Below, in pieces: positions 23,157 through 36,600 of a stretch of 64,000 bases of DNA. Source of the DNA: Eledone cirrhosa (taxonomy: Eukaryota); assembly GCA_964016885.1 (NCBI GenBank), contig OZ024748.1:40982001-41046000 (forward strand), in the 5' to 3' direction. Both the position numbers and the translations under genes were made by a program. Below the pieces are notes generated by a model. The model made no database searches. It was not told where the DNA came from and saw only the letters and a program-made list of their open reading frames with translations. How positions within the stretch are numbered: position 1 is the first letter of the stretch; every line of letters starts with the position of its first letter.

Positions 23157-24547
23157 TTATTTATTTATTTATGTCAGTTTTTTTTTATTATGATTTGTAC
23201 ATTTGTGTATAAATAATTTAAAGCTGGGCTACAGAGTTTAAAAAGATGTGTGTATATATGAGAAATAATGGAGTTTGGAAGAATAAAAAAAGATGAAGGA
23301 GAAAGATACAAAATGTGATATTCTAGAATTTACTTTTAATTTTTCCTTTCATGTCAGTGGCTAGTGTTACTTTGAAATATATATATTTGTTTTGCAAGAT
23401 TTCTTATCTGAAAATGTGTTGAAACAGATATTTTTATAGTTTGGGAGGGCCATGCTGCCAATAAAAACCACACGCACCTGTTGCTTTTCAATTCAATTTA
23501 TTACAAATTTCCATTTGCTTGGTTTAATAACTGGTCGGTTGTTTATTTATTGTCAAAGCTCTAACAACCATCTGTAACAATACCTACTTCAACACACGTT
23601 TTCAGATAAGAAATTTTGCAAAACAAATACAAAATGAAGTGTATATATGTGTGTGTGTGTGTGTATATATATATATGTGTGTGTATATATATATATATGT
23701 GTGTGTATATATATGTATGTATGTATGTATGTATATATATGAGTCTGTTATATGTAAAACTTATATATATTACATAAGAATTAGACAGATAAAAATTAAG
23801 TCTAGTATGCTATTTGAATGTATCTCAGAATGAACTAGAATGAGTTAAGATTCTTTAAAGAATTTCCAACTTGTACTTGTCTGGCAAGTGACGAAATCTG
23901 AGACAATGTGTTTAAACTAAAACAATTACATCATGGAAGATTTATTTAAAGCCATTGAAAACCACACAGAAATTGTTCAATTCACTTTACATTTATAACA
24001 AAATAAACAATATATATACATGGTAAGTTTAACAGTTTTTCTCTGGTTTTTTAATAACAAAAATACAGCTTCCATGATGTATTTGCCTTCTCAACAAATC
24101 AATGCCTGTGTAAATATTGACAGTAAATAAAGTATAACAAAACAGAAAATGAGATTCACAGGTTGCTTATATTCTAATATTGGCATATTCTCCCTCTACA
24201 TTTCTTTATCTTAATGTTACACATATATACACACACATATATACACATATATATACACAAGTGCTGGCAATGTTTTTCTGTCTCTAGGTATATTTTACAT
24301 GATTTTCTAAGCTGTTATTTATAGCAACCAACTGTTAGAGCTATCTTCATTGTTTGGGATTGCCACACTTTCAAATATATATATATATACACATCTTATA
24401 GATTACTTTAATCTTAGTATTAAGTAGTACAGCCAGTTGAAGAAGAGTGGGTAATATTTTTATTTTAAAATGTTTTGAACAGAAGTACTTTTATTTCAAA
24501 TATAGGTTAACTTATATGTTCAAAACAAAAGGATTTTTTAAACACAC

Positions 24548-24592
<45 letters not shown>

Positions 24593-24624
24593 GGATTTAA
24601 ATGGATACAGTTCAGTAAAAGGAA

Positions 24625-24747
24625 TTTATTGACACGTATTTCAATAACAGTTATATAACCTGAAAACATCTGCTATCTACAAAGTATTAATTATGCAGAC
24701 ACTCAATATTTCAATGTTATTTTCAACTACCATTTCATCAGAATAAT
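24625..24747 (-). ncRNA. Type I hammerhead ribozyme in the PLE terminal region
   Basis: UUAUU-CUGAUGA-[stem II]-GAAA-UACGUG-UC^AAUAA; stems I, II and III can all be paired by hand. Confidence 0.72.
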
Positions 24748-25616
24748 ATCATTGAGAACTTGTTTGGTTTTTATAGAGAATATTAAGAGGGAGGAGTGAA
24801 GTTGTTAGAAGAATAGTTAAGGGAGTGGATAGAATTTTTTGATAGCAGTGGGTAATTAGATTCCCATCTGTTATTTTGTTAGTTGAGTTTGACATTTTTA
24901 TAGAATATTCATTATTTGACGTTGGCTGTATTGGTTATTTTTCTAAATCTATAGAAGGATTAGAGATAGTAAAGATATGCATGGTTGGTTTTGTGTTTGC
25001 ACTTAATTCACATACAGACTTAAATTTTTCTTTCAAGTGTACGTATCCATTCGCCCACACATAAATATATGCGTATATATACTTATTTTTTTAAAAAACA
25101 TACACATTCACACACATACATATATGTACACCTCTACAAATACATACACTCACATACACATACTTACATGCTCATACCTACATACATATATACCTGTACA
25201 CACATATATATATATATATATATACATATATATATGTGTACATACATACGCATTCGTGTATATACACTTTCATACTCTACTTATCTTCATATACACACAT
25301 ATATACATACATACTCTTGTCTATGTGTATATATATGAATACACATACATTTAATTATACACATCAAACATATATATATATATACACTCACCCACTTATT
25401 TACTTATTTATATACATTTTCACATATATACATACATATGGTCGCTTTTAGACACATTCATTATAGCATATTCGCACCTATTCTCACCAGCATATTTATC
25501 CATTATTAGTGTCATAATTTAAGGTTATTAATATACATATATATGTTGAGAAGTGATTGTTTTTATATTTTTCTAACTAGATTGAGGATTTGTATAGTTG
25601 GGAGGATGTCCCTCGT

Positions 25617-27719
25617 TTATGTAATATTCAGCTTGTAGTGGGAAAAAAGGGTTTTAGTTCGGTGACGGCAGAATAATGTTCGTTCAATTCTGTTATTAAG
25701 CAATTTCCTCTTGTGTGTGATTATGTAATAAATCTCAAGATTACATAATTTGCAGAAATTTTGGCTCCTGGAAAAGCTTTGGGTTTTAGCTAATTTCTCC
25801 CATTTTAGGGTAAACTTTTGACCGCTATCCCTGAGCGTCCAAGCTTTTTCTGCTAAAGTTGTTACATTTCTTTGGCTCTGGTGTTTTATTGAGTAAGAAT
25901 GCCTATATAATCGAGATTTAAACGATGTTGCCGTTGATCCCACGTAATACCACTCGTTGCCTCCGGATTCAATGATACACTTATAGATGATATTTTTTTC
26001 AAGGCAGTTATTGCCGAGGGGGCAATTGTCAGGATAGGTGCAGTTACAGTTGTGTACGTTGGTTTTGTAGTTAGGTTTACTCTGGAGTAGTATTGCGGAT
26101 GAACTTAGGTGTGGTTTATTTATGTTCTGTAGTGTATTGTCTACTGTTTTTTTTGTGCTCTTTGTACTTAAGTTTTTAGTGTTTTCGTTTAACCTTCTAG
26201 TATTAATCTTTTTTATGTGTTGTTCAAGGTTTAACGCTGTAGAGTATGACAGTCTTATAGTGGTAGGGTTTAGGTATTTGTGTGATGTAGGAAAATGTTT
26301 CTTAACTATTTTACAGAAGAGTACTGGTAAATTTGTACTAATGGAACTATTGTATTCAGGGTTATACCATAAGTACTCTTTGCATCGCTTTCTATTAGTT
26401 TTGTTTGTTGGTTTATTGGTGTGTACACTATGGTAGTAAGTGTGGTTTGGTGTTGTGTTATTATTTCTACCTATGTGGGATTTATTTTGGGTGTTTTGAT
26501 TGTTTTCATCTATATATTCTATTTTGTTGAGGTAGCCTGCTTTACTAAGGGCGTTATTGTAGTACTCGGTATGTTCCTTAAATACTTGTATGTTAGAAGA
26601 TAGACCCGAGATTCTAAGGGAAATATTTTTAGGGATAGATTTAATTATAGAGATGGGGTGGTTAGATCCAACATTTACGTATTTGAGATTTTCATTCAAT
26701 TTATGAAACGGTTTAATCAGACTAGAGTTTAAATTGAGTGTGACATCCAGGAAGTTAACTACTTTAAGGTTGTGTTCATATGTTATAGTTAGTCCTATTT
26801 CAAGTAGTAGTTTTCTTATATCTTTGCGTAGTTTTTCTAGGTTTTTAGCTAGGAGGAGAGCATCATCGCGGTATATTCCACCGTGGAGATTACTGAATTT
26901 TTCTTGGAGTCTAAAAGTGATAAATAACCCCACAATATCAGTTATTTCCGCCGAATCGTTAGAGCCCATTGTTATGTCAAAGTTGGAGGGTCTATCTTTA
27001 CGAACCCAATAACTGTTCTCAAATTTGACTATAGTTTTCCTAGCTTCTAATATAATCTTAATTTCTTCGTTTGTAAGGTCAGAGTTAGCCTTAGCAAACT
27101 CAAGGGCTCTATTCAGAGTTTCAGGTGATATCGATGAGTAATATTCATCGATATCAAACTGGATAAACTTAGATTTATTCTTATTGCTAATGTTATTAAA
27201 CCATCTTATTGCTTCTTGGGTCTTCCCCCAGAGTTTAATGTTAACCTTAGCCTTAATTTGGGGGATGATTCTATCTAAGATATATTTGCTTATTTTACCT
27301 ATATCTGATTTAGAGGGGCAGATTAATCTAATTTTAGGGTCATTATCAAAGTTTACCTTATGGTCCTTAAGATTGAAGGTGGGTACCGCTGGTAAGAGTG
27401 GTCCTGTCCTATCTTCGATTCCAAGATTTTTCACTATTTCGCATGCCTCATCATTGATGTGCTCAAGGGTAACTTCACTCGTTTTTCTATATTTTTTATG
27501 TAATTCTTTTCGAATGAAGTTGTTATATGTAGTGCAGTCCATAGTGTACAGGTTAGATGTTTTTTCCGCTTTTACTACAATTCCTTTGGTGTTTTTAAGG
27601 TCGTCCAGTAGTTTTTTAATATCTTTCTGCAGTTTGTTGTTGGTGTTACGTCCTTTGAATTTAATTTTAAGGATTTTCTCCGGATTACTTTTGAAACTAC
27701 AACTGGAACCGTCGAGCAA
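25617..27719 (-). CDS. PLE reverse transcriptase-GIY-YIG endonuclease (5' truncated; TTG start)
   Basis: KAEKTSNLY, QFDIDEYYSSI, FDITMGS, GIYRDD, NFLDVTL, SNHP, CNC...CPL...C, IYKC...YYVGST...FKSRLYRH, CKLC...E...LLN...CRHR. Confidence 0.92.
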   Translation of the reverse strand: MLDGSSCSFKSNPEKILKIKFKGRNTNNKLQKDIKKLLDDLKNTKGIVVKAEKTSNLYTMDCTTYNNFIRKELHKKYRKTSEVTLEHINDEACEIVKNLGIEDRTGPLLPAVPTFNLKDHKVNFDNDPKIRLICPSKSDIGKISKYILDRIIPQIKAKVNIKLWGKTQEAIRWFNNISNKNKSKFIQFDIDEYYSSISPETLNRALEFAKANSDLTNEEIKIILEARKTIVKFENSYWVRKDRPSNFDITMGSNDSAEITDIVGLFITFRLQEKFSNLHGGIYRDDALLLAKNLEKLRKDIRKLLLEIGLTITYEHNLKVVNFLDVTLNLNSSLIKPFHKLNENLKYVNVGSNHPISIIKSIPKNISLRISGLSSNIQVFKEHTEYYNNALSKAGYLNKIEYIDENNQNTQNKSHIGRNNNTTPNHTYYHSVHTNKPTNKTNRKRCKEYLWYNPEYNSSISTNLPVLFCKIVKKHFPTSHKYLNPTTIRLSYSTALNLEQHIKKINTRRLNENTKNLSTKSTKKTVDNTLQNINKPHLSSSAILLQSKPNYKTNVHNCNCTYPDNCPLGNNCLEKNIIYKCIIESGGNEWYYVGSTATSFKSRLYRHSYSIKHQSQRNVTTLAEKAWTLRDSGQKFTLKWEKLAKTQSFSRSQNFCKLCNLEIYYIITHKRKLLNNRIERTLFCRHRTKTLFSHYKLNIT

Positions 27720-27778
27720 ACCCTACGTGAGCTGTCCATCTACTGTGTATAATATTCATATTACAACACTACGGATAA

Positions 27779-27781
<3 letters not shown>

Positions 27782-27846
<65 letters not shown>

Positions 27847-27966
27847 ATATATTATGTGTGACACAAAAATAACTTTATCATTTAAAAATTTAATGTATTT
27901 TCTTTTACCAATAACTTACTTTTAATTTATTTTATTTCATTAATAAAATTTATTAATGGGTTATCC

Positions 27967-28005
<39 letters not shown>

Positions 28006-28280
28006 ATGTATTTGTATGTGTGTATATATATATACACATATATATATATATACACACACACACATATATATGTATGTATTTGTATGGTTATATAAATAGA
28101 TATATACACATACACACATATATATGTATCTGTATGTACATATAAACATATACACACACATTCGCCGAGGTTAACTTTGCCTTTCATCCTTACGGGGTCG
28201 ATAAAATAAAGTACCAGTAATGCACTGGAATAATTGCTGGCCTTGTGCCAAAAGTAGAAACAATTATATATATGTATATG

Positions 28281-28328
<48 letters not shown>

Positions 28329-28357
28329 TTATATATATGTATATGTATGTATATATG

Positions 28358-28403
<46 letters not shown>

Positions 28404-28420
28404 TTATATATATGTATATG

Positions 28421-28480
<60 letters not shown>

Positions 28481-28625
28481 TATATATGTATGTATTTGTA
28501 TGGTTATATAAATAGATATATACACATACACACATATATATGTATCTGTATGTACATATATACATATACACACACATTATATATATGTATGTGTGTATAT
28601 ATATATATATACGTATGTATAAATA
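27782..28625. repeat. TA/CA microsatellite region with a family C SINE fragment (28162-28268) and a ~95-bp duplicated segment (28052/28470)
   Basis: Direct inspection. Confidence 0.8.
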
Positions 28626-28777
28626 TACATGAGGAAGCATCAGAGAAGAAAGAAAGGTGTTGTAGAGGGAGAGCAAGACTATGTGAAGAGATTCAGTCTG
28701 ACATATACACTGGAATCTAGAAGCCCAACACCTTGTCTACAAGGCAGTATTGTATCCTTTACACATCCAGAACACAG

Positions 28778-28813
<36 letters not shown>

Positions 28814-29454
28814 TTTAAAAGAAATTTAGATTATTTACAATTCATTTAGATGATGAAAAAAAAAAAAAAATGGAAACTAACAGGAAACTAATTCTACAGA
28901 CTTCAACAGAAAATATGAGGATTATTAATTCTATTGATTAGGATGTTTAATGTAGCCTTTCATGTTTTAAGGCTCCTTTTTCATCGTAGACTAAGGAAAG
29001 CTAAGTACATAAGAAGCATATACAATTTGACTATAGTTTAATTCTTAACACCCTGTAATGATTTAGCAGAAAATATCTAAGGGTTTGTTAATTCAAATGC
29101 TTATAGTATCTTTTCTACTAGACAAATCATTGTAAACATTTTCCATATTAAAGTAAAGACTTCACTTTTTAATTTGATGTATTCATAATGCTGCTTTGTT
29201 ACATTGCAAGAATGTCATGCTAATGTGGTTTCATGTGGAACAGGATGTTAAGAGTCAATATAAAATCAGCATCTTAGGCCAAACAGGAGACAGAAATAAC
29301 TTTACAGTGGAGATTTTGAATGGTCAATGTCAGAATGCTGATAAATTGCTCTTTCTTTAGGTATATGAAGATGGTTAGTTCCTTGTTCTTATGTACAACC
29401 CAAACAAAATGACAAGCTTATATATATTACACATACCGATAATAATAATAATAA

Positions 29455-30300
29455 TAATGTTTCTACTTTTGGCACATGGCCAGTAATTACCCCAGTGCAT
29501 TACTGGTACTTTATTTTATTGACCCCGGAATGATGAAAAGCAAAGTTGACCTTAACAGGGGTTTGAACTCAGAACATAAAGGGACATAACTAAATGCCAA
29601 AAAGCGTTTTGTCCAATGTTCTTCTGATTTCATCAATCACTGCTTCCAATAACATATATTATTGATACTTGTAACATAAGCCCAGATGTTTGTGGGGGGG
29701 GGGGGATTAGTTGATTAAATCAGCCCCACTATAATAATAATTATTATTTCTAATATGGACACTAGGCCAGAAATGTTTTTAAGGGGAGTCGCTTTAAATC
29801 TACCCTGGTACATTACTGGTATTTTTTTTTTATTGAACCTCAGAAAACAAAATTAATTCTGCTGAGGTCAACTGTGCCCTTTTTTTTCTTTTTTGTTTTT
29901 CCAGGGTTAATAAACAAAATACCAGTCACACTCTGGGGGTCAATTTAATCAAGGAACCCTCACCAAAAAATTCTCTAGAATTAGAAACAATTATTATTAT
30001 TATTATTTAGGGTGGTGGTTTGACAGAATTGGTAGAGCGTCGGACAACATGCTTTGCAGCACTTAGTTACGACCCTTTACATTCTGAGTTCCAATCCCGC
30101 CATGGTTAACTTTTATTTTTATACTTATGGGGTTGATAAAATAAAGTACCAGTTATGCACTGAGGTCGATTTAATCGCCTTCTCCCCCCCCCCCCCCCCA
30201 AATTGTTGGCCTTGTGTTTAAAGTAGAAAAAATAAAGTACCAGTAATGCACTGGGATAATTGCTGGCCTTGTGCCAAAAGTAGAAACAATTAGTATTATT
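29455..30300. mobile_element. Cluster of family C SINE copies and fragments in both orientations
   Basis: Repeated taccagt..tgcactggg and ttctgagttc.aatcccgcc cores; tRNA-like head at ~30010. Confidence 0.7.
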
Positions 30301-30469
30301 CTCATTATAGTCTTAACTTGTCATAGGAGCTATATTTCTGGATTGAAAGCGAAAGGAATCTACAGCTGGGTGGGCGGAAGAATGAAATTTGTTGCATGGG
30401 TAGGGAGAAGAGATTCTTGTTAAAACAACAAACCGGAACGTTTGCGACGCTGGTGGAAACTCATCAAAC

Positions 30470-30750
30470 AGGCAGACAGGTACTCCAATTAACCAGACTG
30501 TACTCAGGTAGACAGGTACTCCAATAACCAGAGAGAGTACCCAGGTGGACAGGAGAACCGGAGAGAGTACCCGGGTAGATGGTTACACCATTAGATAGTA
30601 CCCAGGTAGAGAAGTGCACCATCAGACTGTACCTGGGTAGACAGATAAACCATCCATGAGTAACTGGGTAGACAGGTAAACCATCCATGAGTACCTGAGT
30701 AGACAGGTAAACCATCCATGAGTACCTGGGTGGACAGGTAAACCACCAGA
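30470..30750. repeat. Degenerate ~30-bp tandem repeat (gtacc.ggtagacaggtaaaccatccatga)
   Basis: Direct inspection. Confidence 0.75.
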
Positions 30751-31164
30751 CAATACCCAGAGTCAGGTGATTGTCAGACACTAATGGTAATTTTTCTTCT
30801 TACTCTGTAAAGAGAGAAAAAAACAGTTTTATTAATAAGTTGATATATAGAATTGACAAAAAGAAATTAAACACACCATTATACATCATATACACCTTTA
30901 TACATCAAATATATACACCATCATGTCATCTTAGTTTGACCGTAGGAATATATAAATTTCAGGTATTTACATCAAACCCTTGGTAACCATATTTCTAATG
31001 AAAGGCACTGATTAGGATTTCCAAATGATTTTGAAAATAATCCGGAATTTAGAAGGATTTAGTCAAATGTCTGACATTCTTGATATATACCTGGTATTAG
31101 GAGTTAATCCAGGTAAAGTTCCAACGGTGATAACTTATGTTTACCACAACTTCGAGATAAATTG

Positions 31165-31380
31165 GATAGACAAGGCCAGTGTATGGGCCCCTATTTGCTC
31201 ACAATAGACAAGGCCAGTCTGCTGGGGCCACAGGGCTGTGTGTGGGCCCCCATTAGCTCAATAGATAAGGCCAGTCTGCTGGGGCCACAGGGCCGTGTGT
31301 GGGCCCCCATTAGCTCAATAGACAAAGCTAGTATGCTGGGGCTGCAGGGCTGCTAGCATGTGGGCCCCATTAGCCCACAA
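31165..31380. repeat. 57-bp GC-rich tandem repeat, ~3.5 copies
   Basis: aataga.aag at 31203, 31260 and 31317. Confidence 0.85.
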
Positions 31381-31545
31381 GATGGGGAATGCAGGAGAGA
31401 TGGAGACCATAGAAGAATGTAATTTATTTAAAAAAATGGAAACAAATTTATAAGAATAAAAGCAACACTGAAAACAGATAGCCATATCTGAGATACACTC
31501 ACCACCAAGACAAATTCTATAAAAAGCTTAAACTAAATGTATATA

Positions 31546-31645
31546 CAGGCTGTCCCCCAAAAAATGTATACAACCTCAACAACATTCTAATAAATATTGC
31601 CTGTACAGGTAATCAATGTGTGTATACATTTTGGGGGACAGCCTG
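31546..31645. mobile_element. 100-bp Tc1/mariner-type MITE
   Basis: TIRs caggctgtcccccaaaa..atgtataca / tgtatacattttgggggacagcctg; left TA, right TA mutated to CA. Confidence 0.8.
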
Positions 31646-31864
31646 CATTTATCTAAAAAGCCTCCCATGATAATTTTATGTAAGAACCTTTATGTTTTAA
31701 GCAGATAATCGAGAAGTTAAATGTGTTCCTGAATCTCCAAAGTCGACACCGAGACTTGGCGGCACATAGATTTAAAAAACAACAAAACAGACAAGAAAAA
31801 AAGCTGGATGATTTGTTAACCAATCTCTATGTGTGTGTGTGTGAGAGTGTTTGTGTGTATGTGT

Positions 31865-31908
<44 letters not shown>

Positions 31909-32203
31909 GTGAGTGTGTATGTATGTGTGTGTCTATAATATTAATGCAATATCCTTTAACATAGCAAACAAGCACCTGTTGTCAAACGAGATATCTACTG
32001 GTTTAATGCAACATTTATTGTTTAGTATATATATTGATCTCAATAACAGCTGTAGCAGGCCCACACACAGAAATGATGCCACATTATAGTCAACGTTTTA
32101 AACATTTGAACCACCTGTTCTCTGCTCTGTTTATATTTATTGAAAAACCTGCTCCCATAATTTTATGCATGAATATTTGTGAAATTATGCTCAACACACT
32201 AAC

Positions 32204-32391
32204 TTAACCCATTAGCATTTAAACTGGCCATATCCGGCCAGAATTCTCTCACCTCTTTCTGTTCAAACCGGCTATAACTGGTCTCTCATACTGATATTAA
32301 GGTATTGTTCTCAAATTCTCATAGATTTGATATTATGTGTAATAATGTGTTTACCGTGCAAATACAATAGTAAATATGTCTAAAGGGTTAA
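32204..32391 (+). mobile_element. TTAA-flanked MITE (piggyBac-like ends)
   Basis: ttaacccattagcattt ... ctaaagggttaa; same family as 8988 and 19170. Confidence 0.78.
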
Positions 32392-32596
32392 GTTTGCTAT
32401 ATTGCTAAATCCCTCCATTAATAAATCTCTCATTATTAAGCTTCAGTTTCGAAGATAAGCCATTAGCATTTAAACCAGTCATACCCTGTCAGAATTCTCT
32501 CTAAGGTACAAAGTTTCACACACAAACATATATTACTAATCTAATCAATAGATACTTTTAATGTTATATTTTTGTATGAAAACATAAATTATATAT

Positions 32597-32928
32597 CATC
32601 ATCATCATCATTTTACGTCCGCTTTTCCCTGCTTGCAAGGGTGGGACGGGAACTGATTCTGGCTTGATTTCTACAGCTGGATGCCCTTCCTATCACCAGC
32701 CTCATTTACAGTGAGTGGTGGGCGCCTTTTTTCCGTGGCGCCTACACGTCCACTTTACAGTGTGGGCTGAGTGCTTTTTTGCCGTGGCACCTCCACGACC
32801 ACTTTACAGTGGGAGGGTATGGGGGCATAATGTCTTGCTCAAGGAAACAACACATCACCCGGTCTGAGAATTGAACTCACAACCTTTCGATTTCAAAGCC
32901 AATGCTCTAACTACTAAGCCATGTGCCT

Positions 32929-32932
<4 letters not shown>
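32597..32932 (-). mobile_element. tRNA-derived SINE (family A variant)
   Basis: Same head and RTE-like tail as the 17530 copy, with a different middle. Confidence 0.85.
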
Positions 32933-32998
<66 letters not shown>

Positions 32999-33020
32999 AT
33001 ATATATATATATATATGATG

Positions 33021-33123
<103 letters not shown>

Positions 33124-33644
33124 GATATTAATAAATGGAAACTATATTTATAAAACCATATTTATTTCATTATACATATTTCAGGGATACCAAATTAAAT
33201 TATGGTATGCCTTCATCAGACAAAATACAATATATAACAGTTTTACAAATAAGCTTTGACGTACCCTTTTAAAATGCAACCATTACTTTTGGAAGCTGTC
33301 TGGATAGTGATTTGTTTATATTATTTTAATAAGTCATAGTGTTAAGCACAATTAGAAAAAAGACGGAGAGAAAGAAAAAGACGGAGAGAGAGAAAGAAAA
33401 CGTGGAGAAATATCGGAGAGAGAGAGAAATGTATGGAGAAAAGAAAGAAAGAAAGAGATAAATAAAGATAGGAGGAAATAAAAAAGAAAGAAAAAAGGAA
33501 GAAATAAGATATATATATATATATAAAACTCTGCCCAGGTCTTACAACATTTAAAGAATGTAGAGAACATATTGTCTTACAATGGTTAGTTCTGTTGTCT
33601 TTTAGAGTTTGTTGTTAGAGGCTCAGCACTTATTTTAACTTAAA

Positions 33645-36600
33645 ATAACAGCCACCATACCACCATAGGACTATTGGTGTAATAAGTCACCATACCACCA
33701 TACCATCACTGACAAGACTATTGGTGTAATAACTCACCATACCACCATACCACCACTGACAGGACTATCAGTGTAATAACAGTCACCATACCACCATACC
33801 ATCCCTGACAGGACCCATACCATCACTATCAGGACTATTGGTGTAATAAGTCACCATACCACCGTACCACCACTGACAGGACTATTGGTGAAATAACAGC
33901 CACCATACCACCACTGACAGGACTATTGGTGTAATAAGTCAACATACCACCATACCACCACTGACAGGACTATTGGTGAAATAACAGCCACCATACCACC
34001 ACTGACAGGACTATTGGTGTAATAACAGTCACCATACCACCACTGACAGGACTATTGGTGTAATAACAGTCACCATACCACCACTGACAGGACTATTGGT
34101 GAAATAACAGTCACCATACCACCACTGACAGGACTATTGGTGTAATAAGTCACCATACCACCGTACCACCACTGACAGGACTATTGGTGTAATAACAGTC
34201 ACCATACCACCATACCACCACTGACAGGACTATTGGTGTAATAACAGTCACCATACCACCACTGACAGGACTATTGGTGAAATAACAGTCACCATACCAC
34301 CACTGACAGGACTATTGGTGAAATAACAGCCACCATACCACCACTGACAGGACTATTGGTGTAATAACAGTCACCATACCACCACTGACAGGACTATTGG
34401 TGTAATAAGTCACCATACCACCATACCACCACTGACAGGACTATTGGTGTAATAACAGTCACCATACCACCACTGACAGGACTATTGGTGTAATAAGTCA
34501 CCATACCACCATACCACCACTGACAGGACTATTGGTGAAATAACAGTCACCATACCACCACTGACAGGACTATTGGTGTAATAACAGTCACCATACCACC
34601 ACTGACAGGACTATTGGTGTAATAACAGTCACCATACCACCACTGACAGGACTATTGGTGAAATAACAGCCACCATACCACCACTGACAGGACTATTGGT
34701 GTAATAACAGTCACCATACCACCACTGACAGGACTATTGGTGAAATAACAGTCACCATACCACCACTGACAGGACTATTGGTGTAATAACAGCCACCATA
34801 CCACCACTGACAGGACTATTGGTGTAATAAGTCACCATACCACCATACCACCACTGACAGGACTATTGGTGTAATAACAGTCACCATACCACCACTGACA
34901 GGACTATTGGTGTAATAAGTCACCATACCACCATACCACCACTGACAGGACTATTGGTGTAATAACAGTCACCATACCACCACTGACAGGACTATTGGTG
35001 AAATAACAGTCACCATACCACCACTGACAGGACTATTGGTGTAATAACAGTCACCATACCACCACTGACAGGACTATTGGTGTAATAACAGTCACCATAC
35101 CACCACTGACAGGACTATTGGTGTAATAACAGTCACCATACCACCACTGACAGGACTATTGGTGTAATAACAGCCACCATACCACCACTGACAGGACTAT
35201 TGGTGTAATAAGTCACCATACCACCATACCACCACTGACAGGACTATTGGTGTAATAACAGTCACCATACCACCACTGACAGGACTATTGGTGTAATAAC
35301 AGTCACCATACCACCACTGACAGGACTATTGGTGTAATAACAGTCACCATACCACCACTGACAGGACTATTGGTGTAATAACAGTCACCATACCACCAGT
35401 GACAGGACTATTGGTGTAATAACAGTCACCATACCACCACTGACAGGACTATTGGTGTAATAACAGTCACCATACCACCACTGACAGGACTATTGGTGTA
35501 ATAACAGTCACCATACCACCACTGACAGGACTATTGGTGAAATAACAGTCACCATACCACCACTGACAGGACTATTGGTGTAATAACAGTCACCATACCA
35601 CCACTGACAGGACTATTGGTGTAATAACAGTCACCATACCACCACTGACAGGACTATTGGTGTAATAACAGTCACCATACCACCACTGACAGGACTATTG
35701 GTGTAATAACAGTCACCATACCACCACTGACAGGACTATTGGTGTAATAAGTCACCATACCACCATACCACCACTGACAGGACTATTGGTGTAATAACAG
35801 TCACCATACCACCACTGACAGGACTATTGGTGTAATAACAGTCACCATACCACCACTGACAGGACTATTGGTGTAATAACAGTCACCATACCACCACTGA
35901 CAGGACTATTGGTGTAATAACAGTCACCATACCACCAGTGACAGGACTATTGGTGTAATAACAGTCACCATACCACCACTGACAGGACTATTGGTGTAAT
36001 AACAGTCACCATACCACCACTGACAGGACTATTGGTGTAATAACAGTCACCATACCACCACTGACAGGACTATTGGTGAAATAACAGTCACCATACCACC
36101 ACTGACAGGACTATTGGTGTAATAACAGTCACCATACCACCACTGACAGGACTATTGGTGTAATAACAGTCACCATACCACCACTGACAGGACTATTGGT
36201 GTAATAACAGTCACCATACCACCACTGACAGGACTATTGGTGTAATAACAGTCACCATACCACCACTGACAGGACTATTGGTGTAATAAGTCACCATACC
36301 ACCATACCACCACTGACAGGACTATAGGTGTAATAACAGTCACCATACCACCACTGACAGGACTATTGGTGTAATAAGTCACCATACCACCATACCACCA
36401 CTGACAGGACTATAGGTGTAATAACAGTCACCATACCACCACTGACAGGACTATTGGTGTAATAAGTCACCATACCACCACTGACAGGACTATTGGTGTA
36501 ATAACAGTCACCATACCACCACTGACAGGACTATTGGTGTAATAAGTCAACATACCACCGTACCACCACTGACAGGACTATTGGTGTAATAACAGTCACC

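Larger units (their letters stand above)
24590..27780 (-). mobile_element. Penelope-like element (RT + C-terminal GIY-YIG), probably Naiad-type, flanked by (TA)n
   Basis: 700-aa ORF plus a downstream terminal region carrying a hammerhead motif. Confidence 0.88.
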
